DNA of 64,000 bases from Candidatus Nanoarchaeia archaeon (GTDB lineage Archaea; Nanobdellota; Nanobdellia; Pacearchaeales; GW2011-AR1): NCBI GenBank assembly GCA_028711165.1, contig JAQTST010000001.1, forward strand, positions 78,708 through 142,707, given 5' to 3'. Below, in pieces: positions 8,513 to 15,859 of the stretch; position 1 is the first letter of the stretch, and each line of letters begins with the position of its first letter. The notes under the pieces are model-generated. The model worked only from the letters and a program-made list of their open reading frames with translations. It did not search any database and had not been told where the DNA came from. A program made the translations under genes and the position numbers.

Positions 8513-8801
8513 CGAGCCATTGAGCATGGCAGAAGCAATTGAATACGTTAAGAAAGACGAAAGTGAAACAGAGATAGTTGGATTCATAAAAAAATTTAAC
8601 AAATTAAAGGCGAAAGATGCCAAAGATTTGAGACAGGAAATTGAATCTCTTGGTATGATGAAAATAAAGCCCGAAATAACAGTTAAGATAGCAGATTTGC
8701 TTCCTGAAAGTCCAGAAGAATTAAATAAAATTTTTATCGATGTGAGTCTTGATGAAGATGAAACAAAAAAAATACTCGATGCAATTAAAAAATACAAATA
8801 A
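8499..8801 (+). CDS. rpoF: DNA-directed RNA polymerase subunit F (Rpb4 homolog)
   Basis: ~100-aa acidic helical protein in the conserved L21e-RpoF-DUF655 position. It has the Rpb4-like C-terminal HRDC-type helices. Confidence 0.7.
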   Translation: MIISSEPLSMAEAIEYVKKDESETEIVGFIKKFNKLKAKDAKDLRQEIESLGMMKIKPEITVKIADLLPESPEELNKIFIDVSLDEDETKKILDAIKKYK

Positions 8802-8806
8802 AGAAA

Positions 8807-9343
8807 ATGGAAAAAGAAGAAAATGCAATCATCTTAGATTATTTGCCGAACGGATATCCTCTAGAAAGGAAAATGATGCCCATAGCTCAGGCTATCGGGA
8901 AGACAAATTTAGTTTTGTTGGAATTAGTTCCTAGACGAGGAATTTCGCTGGATGCCGGAGAAGAAGTTTATATCGGCGAAGGAAAGCGAGACAAGATATA
9001 TTATATTCTTGGAAGACTTCACAGAGAAAAACTGACAGAATCTGCAAAAAATCAGCTTCAGGAATTTGTGGAAAAATTTGTCAGAGAAAGAGAGAAAGAA
9101 TTTGTTGAGTTTTTCAACAAGTCAGAAGCGATTAACAAAAGGCTGCACCAAATAGAATTGCTTCCAGGTTTTGGGAAAAGACATATGCAAGAAATATTAA
9201 CACAAAGGAAAGAGAAAGAATTCGAGTCATTCGAAGATATGAAAAAGAGAATTCAGAATCTTCCTGATCCAGAAAAGGCAATACAGAAAAGAATATTAAC
9301 TGAACTAATAAATATTGAGAGACACAACTTGTTTGTAAAATAA
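8807..9343 (+). CDS. DUF655/COG1491 nucleic-acid-binding (OB + HhH) protein
   Basis: N-terminus ..AIILDYLPNGYP.. and C-terminus ..LLPGFGKRHMQEIL.. are typical of the archaeal DUF655 family that follows rpoF. Confidence 0.75.
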   Translation: MEKEENAIILDYLPNGYPLERKMMPIAQAIGKTNLVLLELVPRRGISLDAGEEVYIGEGKRDKIYYILGRLHREKLTESAKNQLQEFVEKFVREREKEFVEFFNKSEAINKRLHQIELLPGFGKRHMQEILTQRKEKEFESFEDMKKRIQNLPDPEKAIQKRILTELINIERHNLFVK

Positions 9344-9344
9344 A

Positions 9345-9845
9345 ATGACAGAAGCAATACACAAAGGAAAACCAATGGGAGAAAAGTTTGAAGGAAAACT
9401 AATCAGAATTCTGTCAAAAGATATCGAGGGAGAATTGAAAGTTTATGTCGGACTTACAAAAATAAAAGGAATTTCATGGGGATTGGCAAATGCGATATGT
9501 AAAGTACTCCACCTCGATAAAAATAGAAAAATTGGTTCTTTAAGCAAAGAAGAAATAGAGAGCATCGGTAATTTTGTAAAAAATCCAACAATACCAGTAT
9601 ATTTGTTAAACAGAAGAATTGACATTGAAACAGGAAAAAACAAACACCTTATAGGAAATGATTTGGACTTGCAGAAAGAATTTGATATTGGAAGACTTAA
9701 GAAAATAAAAAGTTACAGAGGACTTAGACATGCAGTCGGACTTCCAGTGAGAGGACAAAGAACAAAGAGTCATTTCAGAAAGAACAAGAAGAAAGGAGTC
9801 GGAATTAAGAAGAAAACTAAACCAACAGAAGGAGTTAAAAAATGA
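9345..9845 (+). CDS. rps13: 30S ribosomal protein S13 (uS13)
   Basis: ..LIRILSKDIEGELKVYVGLTKIKGISWGLANAI.. and ..YRGLRHAVGLPVRGQRTKS... First gene of the S13-S4-S11-RpoD order. Confidence 0.95.
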   Translation: MTEAIHKGKPMGEKFEGKLIRILSKDIEGELKVYVGLTKIKGISWGLANAICKVLHLDKNRKIGSLSKEEIESIGNFVKNPTIPVYLLNRRIDIETGKNKHLIGNDLDLQKEFDIGRLKKIKSYRGLRHAVGLPVRGQRTKSHFRKNKKKGVGIKKKTKPTEGVKK

Positions 9846-10333
9846 AGCGAAAACATAAAACATATTCAAGGCCAAAAAGACCGTTTGAAAAAGCAAGAAT
9901 AGAAGAAGAAGCAAAAATAAAAGAAGAATTTGGATTGAAAAATAAAAAAGAAATCTGGAAAGCAGACGCCAGAATAAAGTCAATAAGAGAAAAAGCGAAA
10001 AAATTAATTTCCAGCGACGAGGATGAAAAGAATGCTTTTTTTGACAGAATAAGAAAAATCGGACTCAAGGTAAGCTCAATCAGTGATGTTCTTTCATTGG
10101 ACAAAAAAGATTATCTTAGAAGAAGACTCCAGACAATTCTCGTCGAGAAAAAAATTGCACGAACTCCAAAAGGAGCAAGACAATTAATTACTCACAAAAA
10201 AGTTTTTATCGGAGGAAAATTAGTCAGTTCTCCGTCGTATATTGTTCCTGTGGAATTTGAAAAAGAAATATCTTTAAAACCGAGCAAAGTAAAACAGAAA
10301 AAAGAAGAAGTTATAGGAGGAGCAAATGAGTGA
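9842..10333 (+). CDS. rps4: 30S ribosomal protein S4 (uS4)
   Basis: MKRKHKTYSRPKRPFEKARIEEE..GLKNKKEIWKA.. plus an S4 RNA-binding domain. Confidence 0.95.
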   Translation: MKRKHKTYSRPKRPFEKARIEEEAKIKEEFGLKNKKEIWKADARIKSIREKAKKLISSDEDEKNAFFDRIRKIGLKVSSISDVLSLDKKDYLRRRLQTILVEKKIARTPKGARQLITHKKVFIGGKLVSSPSYIVPVEFEKEISLKPSKVKQKKEEVIGGANE

Positions 10334-10760
10334 GGAAATGGAAATGACAGAAGAAACTGAAAGCAAAAAAACAGAAAAAAAGAAAAGGGAAATCGAAGCT
10401 GTTCTGAATATTTATACGTCGTTTAACAATACAATCGCGCATGTTACAGACATGTCAGGAAGAACAATTGCAAAGATTACGGGCGGAATGGTTACCAAGC
10501 ACGGAAGACTTAAAGCTAATCCGACTATTGCTATTTTCATTGCAAAAAGAATTGCAGAAAGCTTGGAAGAGCTTGGAACTAAATCATTATACGTTAGAAT
10601 AAGAGCAAAAACAGGAAGCCCGACTTTGGGGCCTGGTGCACATGCGATAATAAAAAGTTTGACAAGAGAAGGATTCAAAATACTTAACATTCTTGATACA
10701 ACAAGATTTCCACGCGGAGGACCTAAGAAGAAAGGTGGAAGAAGAGGTAGGAGAGTATGA
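10326..10760 (+). CDS. rps11: 30S ribosomal protein S11 (uS11)
   Basis: ..LNIYTSFNNTIAHVTDMSGRTI..GPGAHAIIKSLTREGFKILNILDTTRFPRGGPKKKGGRRGRR. Confidence 0.95.
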   Translation: MSEEMEMTEETESKKTEKKKREIEAVLNIYTSFNNTIAHVTDMSGRTIAKITGGMVTKHGRLKANPTIAIFIAKRIAESLEELGTKSLYVRIRAKTGSPTLGPGAHAIIKSLTREGFKILNILDTTRFPRGGPKKKGGRRGRRV

Positions 10761-10827
10761 TAACCAAATTCAGACAAGTTGAATTAGAGGTAGAAGGGTT
10801 TAAAAATAAAATTTATAGAGTAATAAG

Positions 10828-11547
10828 ATGAAAACAATTGACAGAAAACAAAATCAGATAACATTCAGCGCAGAAATAGACGAGAGTCTTGCAAATGCAA
10901 TAAGAAGATACGTCGATGAAATTCCAATAATTGCAATTGACGACGTGGAAATTTCTATGAACGATTCTCCATTATACGACGAGACAATCGCGCACAGAAT
11001 GGGATTAATCCCTCTGAAAATGGATAAAAAAGCAGGCGGAAAAGATGAACCAATAAAGTTAGTTGCAAAGAAAGAAGGAGCAGTTTACTCTGAAGATTTA
11101 GACGGGAAAATAAAACCTGTTTATGGAAATATTCCAATTACTGTTTTAAAAAAAGGACAGGAAATTGAAATACTTGGAACTATAAGAACAGGAAAAGGAA
11201 ATGAGCATGTTAAATTTTCTCCGGGATTAATGTTTTACAGAAATTTAATGAAAGTTAAAGTGGACAAAGATTGTCCGAAAGAAATTGCCAATGCATGTCC
11301 AAGAGGATTGTTAAACTCTGACGGAGGAAAAATCACTGTTGTCGACGAGAATAAATGCGACATGTGTGAAGAATGCATTGAAGCATGCAGAAAGGCAGGG
11401 AAAAAATCAATAGAACTTACGCCTACAGGGGAACTTGTTATAACAGTAGAATCATTCGGGCAAATCAGCGAAGAGGAAATATTCAAGAGAGCGATTGAAA
11501 ACCTGACAGAAGATTTGAAAGAAGTTTCAAAGAAGATTTCTAAATAA
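10828..11547 (+). CDS. rpoD: DNA-directed RNA polymerase subunit D (Rpb3 homolog) with a Cys-rich ferredoxin-like domain
   Basis: ..LANAIRRYV..IPIIAIDDVEI..NDSPLYDETIAHRMGLIPL.. Cys clusters CPKEIANACPRG and CDMCEECIEAC. Confidence 0.9.
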   Translation: MKTIDRKQNQITFSAEIDESLANAIRRYVDEIPIIAIDDVEISMNDSPLYDETIAHRMGLIPLKMDKKAGGKDEPIKLVAKKEGAVYSEDLDGKIKPVYGNIPITVLKKGQEIEILGTIRTGKGNEHVKFSPGLMFYRNLMKVKVDKDCPKEIANACPRGLLNSDGGKITVVDENKCDMCEECIEACRKAGKKSIELTPTGELVITVESFGQISEEEIFKRAIENLTEDLKEVSKKISK

Positions 11548-11588
11548 TTCTAAACCTTTTTATAGAGATAATTTGTATTAAAACCATA

Positions 11589-11672
11589 AGCGGATATGCC
11601 GGAGTGGTCAAACGGGACAGACTCAAAATCTGTTGGCTTAGTGCCTACAAAGGTTCGAATCCTTTTATCCGC
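11589..11672 (+). tRNA. tRNA-Leu(CAA), class II
   Basis: GCGGAUAUGCCGGAGUGGUCAAACGGGACAGACUCAAAAUCUGUUGGCUUAGUGCCUACAAAGGUUCGAAUCCUUUUAUCCGCA. Anticodon stem ACAGA/UCUGU, loop CUCAAAA. Confidence 0.9.
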
Positions 11673-11673
11673 A

Positions 11674-11696
11674 TAAAGAAAACCCCTGTTTTTCTT
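11674..11696 (+). terminator. Hairpin plus T-run after tRNA-Leu
   Basis: AAAGAAAAC-CCCT-GTTTTTCTTT, an imperfect 9-bp stem followed by T residues. Confidence 0.3.
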
Positions 11697-11710
11697 TATC
11701 AATCTATCCT

Positions 11711-11784
11711 CGCGAGGACACCAAGGTTTCCTTCGCTTAATCTTCCTTTAAGTTTGGGTCACGCCTGATAAAAACTTTTATAAA
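11711..11784 (+). repeat. G+C-rich promoter-proximal element, copy A (family of 3), running into a TATA-like CTTTTATAAA
   Basis: CGCGAGGACACCAAGGTTTCCTTCGCTTAATCTTCCTTTAAGTTTGGGTCACGCCTGATAAAAACTTTTATAAA. About 80% identical by eye to 57174..57256 and related to 44159..44273. Confidence 0.6.
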
Positions 11785-11858
11785 CCCTTTTTCTCTCACA
11801 CTTTTATCTGCGAGCGCAAGCGATAGTAGAATTAATAATTCTATTAGCAGAACATTCA

Positions 11859-12227
11859 ATGAAAACTAAAACACAGATAGAAACACAGCTGAGAAGGAAG
11901 ACAAATCCTGAATTAGTGAAAACAATAATTGAAGCTAAGAAAAAAGAAAAGTGGGTTGAAGTTGCCGGGATTTTGTCAAGTCCGAGAGTTAAGAAAATTG
12001 ATGTTAATATTGACAAGATAGATAAAGAAGCAAAGGAAGGAGATGTAATTGTTGTTCCTGGAAAAGTTTTGTCAGAAGGAGAAATCAGCAAGAAAGTTAA
12101 AGTAGCTGCATTTTCTTTTTCAGAGAAAGCCAAAGAGAAAATATTAAAAGCAAAGGGAGAGGTTTTGACAATCATGGAAGAAATTAAAAAAAATCCTACA
12201 GGGAAAGGAATTAAGATAATAAAATGA
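11859..12227 (+). CDS. rpl18e: 50S ribosomal protein L18e (eL18)
   Basis: ..RRKTNPELVKTIIEAKK..VVVPGKVLSEGEISKKVKVAAFSFSEKAKEKI.. Conserved position between rpoD and rpl13. Confidence 0.85.
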   Translation: MKTKTQIETQLRRKTNPELVKTIIEAKKKEKWVEVAGILSSPRVKKIDVNIDKIDKEAKEGDVIVVPGKVLSEGEISKKVKVAAFSFSEKAKEKILKAKGEVLTIMEEIKKNPTGKGIKIIK

Positions 12228-12276
12228 CAGAAAATAAATTTTCAGCACAAATACAAAACAGGAGTTTTGCATAATG
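12224..12276 (+). promoter_or_regulatory. Mini-ORF/hairpin coupling cassette, copy 2 (MTENKFSAQIQNRSFA*)
   Basis: Its ATG overlaps the L18e TGA stop (ATGA) and its TAA overlaps the L13 ATG (TAATG). Hairpin CAAAAC-AGGA-GTTTTG. Confidence 0.6.
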
Positions 12277-12666
12277 AAAATCATCGACGGAAAAAATGCA
12301 ATCTTGGGAAGGCTCGCAGCATATGTAGCAAAAGAATCTATGAAAGGAGAAGAGCTTGCAATAGTAAACTGTGAACAGATATTCATAACAGGAAACAAAA
12401 AAAATATTTTTGAAAATTATGAAGGAAAGAGAAAAAGAGTCGGAAGCACGCAGAAAGGGCCGAAAGTTTCGAGAACAAATGAAAAAATTGTGAAGATGAC
12501 AATAAGAGGAATGCTTCCAAATGCGAGAAGGATGGGAAGAGGAAGAGACGCGATAAAAAGAATAAAATGCTACACTGGAATTCCAAAAGAATTTGAAGGG
12601 AAGGAAATGACTTCAATGGAAAGAAAGATTGTCAAAGGAATAAGAGTGAAGGATATTTCAAAATGA
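12274..12666 (+). CDS. rpl13: 50S ribosomal protein L13 (uL13)
   Basis: MKIIDGKNAILGRLAAYVAK..VVNCEQIFITG..RGMLP... Overlaps the rps9 start. Confidence 0.95.
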   Translation: MKIIDGKNAILGRLAAYVAKESMKGEELAIVNCEQIFITGNKKNIFENYEGKRKRVGSTQKGPKVSRTNEKIVKMTIRGMLPNARRMGRGRDAIKRIKCYTGIPKEFEGKEMTSMERKIVKGIRVKDISK

Positions 12667-13064
12667 GCAAAATAATAACTTCAGGAAAAAGAAAAAGCGC
12701 AATTGCAAGAGCAGTTCTTGAAGAAGGAACAGGAAATATATCAATAAATGGAAGAGATTACAAGACACTTCATATTTTTGACAAATTGAAAATTGAAGAG
12801 CCGTTGAGAATTGCAGAAAATGTTTTGGGAAAGTTGAATTTTGACGTCGCTATAACTGCAAAAGGCGGCGGAGAAAAAGGACAAATTGAAGCTGCAAGAA
12901 TTGCATTGTCGAGGGCAATTTTGAATTTCTCTAAATCAAACGAAGTGGAAAAAGCATTCTTAGATTATGATAGAAGTCTTCTTGTTGCCGATGTAAGAAG
13001 AAAAGAAACTTACAAGCCAGGAGATTCTAAAGCTAGAAGTAAGCGACAAAAGAGTTATAGATAA
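12663..13064 (+). CDS. rps9: 30S ribosomal protein S9 (uS9)
   Basis: ..TSGKRKSAIARAVL..GTGNISINGR.. and C-terminus ..DVRRKETYKPGDSKARSKRQKSYR. Confidence 0.95.
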   Translation: MSKIITSGKRKSAIARAVLEEGTGNISINGRDYKTLHIFDKLKIEEPLRIAENVLGKLNFDVAITAKGGGEKGQIEAARIALSRAILNFSKSNEVEKAFLDYDRSLLVADVRRKETYKPGDSKARSKRQKSYR

Positions 13065-13106
13065 GACGAAAGAGGAATAGATAATTAGGCAAATTTTAAG
13101 GAAATT

Positions 13107-13511
13107 TTATTTAGCTTCTTTTTCTGCCATTTCTTTTAAGATAAACAAAGCAAACAGAATTAAAATTGCAATTAGAGAAAACCAAGTTTTTGTGATAGTA
13201 AATAATATTAAAAGATAAATTAAAAGTGTTGAAATAGAGGTGTGAATTATCCAACTAAAAAATTTAGGCATACTTTTGTATAATATTTCTTTATCTTTTA
13301 TAAGAGCAGATAATAAAAAAATAAGACAAAAAAAGAGAAGGGTTAATATTTGAGAGATATCAAAAGAAAGATTAACTGAAAGTATATTTTTTCCTTCCTT
13401 AATTGTATTTATAACTTTTTCGATTATAAGACTAGAAGAGTAACATAATAAGATTACCCCAGAAAAAAAAGATATTGGATTTATTTGATATCTTTTTTCA
13501 TCTTTACGCAT
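13107..13511 (-). CDS. Membrane protein (hypothetical, ~4 TM)
   Basis: 134-aa hydrophobic ORF with no recognisable motif. Confidence 0.45.
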   Translation of the reverse strand: MRKDEKRYQINPISFFSGVILLCYSSSLIIEKVINTIKEGKNILSVNLSFDISQILTLLFFCLIFLLSALIKDKEILYKSMPKFFSWIIHTSISTLLIYLLILFTITKTWFSLIAILILFALFILKEMAEKEAK

Positions 13512-13604
13512 AAGATTTTAATAAGAATTATACCTTTTAATAATTCACATAATTAAAAATATATGTTCGATGTGAAACTATATCTCTCTCAAAAGGGATA
13601 GATA

Positions 13605-14024
13605 TTATCTAATTCCCAACCTCTCCAATTTATTCTGAACATGATTGAACAGCGTCGATGAAACAATCGGCTGATGTGTTCCTTCGTGAATTTGGTTATT
13701 GAATTTTATTTTTCCGATATAAGTAAAATTTTTTAGGATTTTTTTTAGTCCATTCACAGAAAGATTATGCTTTTCTGCCAGAGTTCTCAGACTTAAGTTA
13801 TTATTCAAAAACGCTTCGAATATTTCTTCAATTTCGCGAAAGTTTTGCGCAGGAATTAATTTGCCGTCGGAGATTTGATAGCCGAAAGGAGCACGCGACA
13901 TAAGATTTCCGTGCATTGCTTTTTCAGACATAGATTTTTTTCTTGTGATATGAATTGATTTTAATTTTTCAATTTCTTTTTTCAGTTCCTCATTTTCTTT
14001 TCTTAAATCTTCAAGCTCGCCCAT
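13605..14024 (-). CDS. Recombinase-domain protein lacking the serine-recombinase catalytic domain (coiled-coil N-terminus)
   Basis: ..APFGYQISDGKLIPAQNFREIEEIFEAFLNNNLSLRTLAEKHNLSVNGLKKILKNFTYIGKIKFNN..HQPIVSSTLFNHVQNKL aligns with the C-terminal halves of 15239..15859 and 15849..16613. There is no YSRVS-type catalytic motif. Confidence 0.65.
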   Translation of the reverse strand: MGELEDLRKENEELKKEIEKLKSIHITRKKSMSEKAMHGNLMSRAPFGYQISDGKLIPAQNFREIEEIFEAFLNNNLSLRTLAEKHNLSVNGLKKILKNFTYIGKIKFNNQIHEGTHQPIVSSTLFNHVQNKLERLGIR

Positions 14025-14128
14025 TCTTTTCTGAATGAAAAAGAAGTTTAATTATTTTCGGTTTGTAATTAGAGAAGTGTACAAAATGTTTAAATAGTAT
14101 TTCTATTTTTATTAACCATTCAATTAAT

Positions 14129-15235
14129 ATGAACGACAATTCTGCAAGTGTAGCCAAATCAGAGGATGAACCTCCCAATCCGGCGATAGAGCCTGGAGGT
14201 ATTGTCTCGGCTGATCAGGTTTCTGGCATTTCTAAATTAAACAAAGATAATTTGAAGAAAATTTTTGACAAATATCCTGTCAGAATTACAAATTATTATT
14301 TCTCGCTGATTAAAGAAAAAGACGACGGTGTTTACAAACAGTGCATTCCGTCGATGGAAGAAATTTCTGATTTGGGGGGGGAGGAAGATCCGCTAAATGA
14401 GGAACCCGAACACCAGGTAAGACAGGGGGTTCCGTCGCTGTTGACGCACAGATATCCCGACAGGGTTCTATTTAGAATTTCAAATTCATGTGCGATGTAT
14501 TGCCGATTCTGCACGAGGAAAAGAAAAGTTGGAGATGTAAATAAACAGCCAACCTGGAAAGAAATTGGAAAGGCTTTGTTGTACATTCAGGAGCATGGAG
14601 AAATCAGAGATGTTATTCTTTCGGGCGGAGATCCGCTGATGCTTCCTGACAAAACACTTGACAAAATTTTGGCAGCAGTTTATTTAATAATCTCTAAAAG
14701 AGAAAACGGTATTATAAGAATAGGGACGAGGATTCCCTGCGTTTTGCCTCAGAGGATTACCCAAGAATTGTGTGATGTTCTAAAAAAGTATCATCCTATT
14801 TATCTGAACACGCATTTTAATCATCCTAATGAAATAACTACTGAAAGCAAGAGAGCTTGCGGGATGCTGGCTGACGCGGGAATTCCTGTCGGAAATCAGA
14901 CTGTTCTTCTGAAGGGAGTCAATGATAATCCTGAAATTATGAAAGAACTTATGCAGAGACTGATTAGTATTCGAGTCAGGCCGTATTATATTTATCAGTG
15001 CGATCCTGTGAGGGGAGCGAACCATTTTAGGACAAGGGTTGAGAAGGGGTTAGAAATTTACAAAGCATTAAGGGGACACACTTCTGGGTTGTGTGTTCCT
15101 CATTTTGTAATCGACGCACCGGGCGGAGGAGGGAAAATTCCACTACTTCCAGAATATCTGCAGACAATTACCGACGAGAAAGTTGTAATGAAAAATTACG
15201 AAGAAAAAGAATTTGAATATATTCAAGCGGATTAG
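14129..15235 (+). CDS. Lysine 2,3-aminomutase family radical-SAM enzyme (KamA/EpmB-like)
   Basis: CAMYCRFCTRKRKVG (CxxxCxxC in the KamA context), GGDPLML and ..YYIYQCDPVRGANHFRT... It is visibly more G+C-rich than its neighbours. Confidence 0.8.
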   Translation: MNDNSASVAKSEDEPPNPAIEPGGIVSADQVSGISKLNKDNLKKIFDKYPVRITNYYFSLIKEKDDGVYKQCIPSMEEISDLGGEEDPLNEEPEHQVRQGVPSLLTHRYPDRVLFRISNSCAMYCRFCTRKRKVGDVNKQPTWKEIGKALLYIQEHGEIRDVILSGGDPLMLPDKTLDKILAAVYLIISKRENGIIRIGTRIPCVLPQRITQELCDVLKKYHPIYLNTHFNHPNEITTESKRACGMLADAGIPVGNQTVLLKGVNDNPEIMKELMQRLISIRVRPYYIYQCDPVRGANHFRTRVEKGLEIYKALRGHTSGLCVPHFVIDAPGGGGKIPLLPEYLQTITDEKVVMKNYEEKEFEYIQAD

Positions 15236-15238
15236 TGA

Positions 15239-15859
15239 TTAAACACTCAACTTATTCTGAACCTGTTCAAACAGCTGTTTGTCAATGATTGGCTCGTGCT
15301 GTCCGTCGCTTTCGTGGTTCGCAAATTTAACTTTTCCGAGATAAGTTGTGTTTTTTAGCAGTTTAATCAAACCTGACGTCGTTAGATTGTATTTTTTTGC
15401 TAACTGAGTCAGAGAGATATTTGAGTTGAGAAATTCTTCGAAAATGTTTTTTACTTTTGCAGATTCTTCATCATGTTTAATCAGCTGTTTGTTTAAAAGT
15501 TTGTAACCTTTTGGTGCTTTGGTTATATGCCTTCCTTTTTTGAAAGCAGTATCCATCCCAAGTTTTGTCTTTTTAGAAATTGAGTAATCTGATTTTCTGA
15601 AGGTGTCTAATAATTTGCTGTCTATTTTTTCAGACAAATATTTTTTGAATTCTTTTTCTGAATCAGGAGCATATTTGTGGCATATTGAACATAATGTTGA
15701 AAGATTTGATGATTCATTTAATCCATTGAATATCTTTGGGTTTATATGATGTACTTCAAGATTTTCTCCGCTCGGGTCTTCAAAACCACATTTCTGGCAT
15801 TTGAAACTGTCTCTTTCTAAAATTTTTCTGATTAATGGAAGAGGAAGATTATTCTTCAT
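15239..15859 (-). CDS. HNH endonuclease domain fused to a recombinase DNA-binding domain
   Basis: N-terminus CQKCGFEDPSGENLEVHHINPK..LSTLCSICHKY (HNH with CxxC pairs). C-terminus APKGYKLLNKQLIKHDEESAKVKNIFEEFLNSNISLTQLAKKYNLTTSGLIKLLKNTTYLGKVKF..HEPIIDKQLFEQVQNKL. Confidence 0.7.
   Translation of the reverse strand: MKNNLPLPLIRKILERDSFKCQKCGFEDPSGENLEVHHINPKIFNGLNESSNLSTLCSICHKYAPDSEKEFKKYLSEKIDSKLLDTFRKSDYSISKKTKLGMDTAFKKGRHITKAPKGYKLLNKQLIKHDEESAKVKNIFEEFLNSNISLTQLAKKYNLTTSGLIKLLKNTTYLGKVKFANHESDGQHEPIIDKQLFEQVQNKLSV

Noticed and set aside
9443-10104. Minus-strand ORFs 9443..9643, 9606..9983 and 9835..10104
   Set aside because: They are antisense to the S13 and S4 genes. They are lysine-codon mirror images (Phe/Leu-rich) typical of AT-rich genomes.
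14129-15235. Assigning the KamA-like gene to the Ne-acetyl-beta-lysine osmolyte pathway (ablA)
   Set aside because: No adjacent ablB-type acetyltransferase is present, so only the family-level call was kept.
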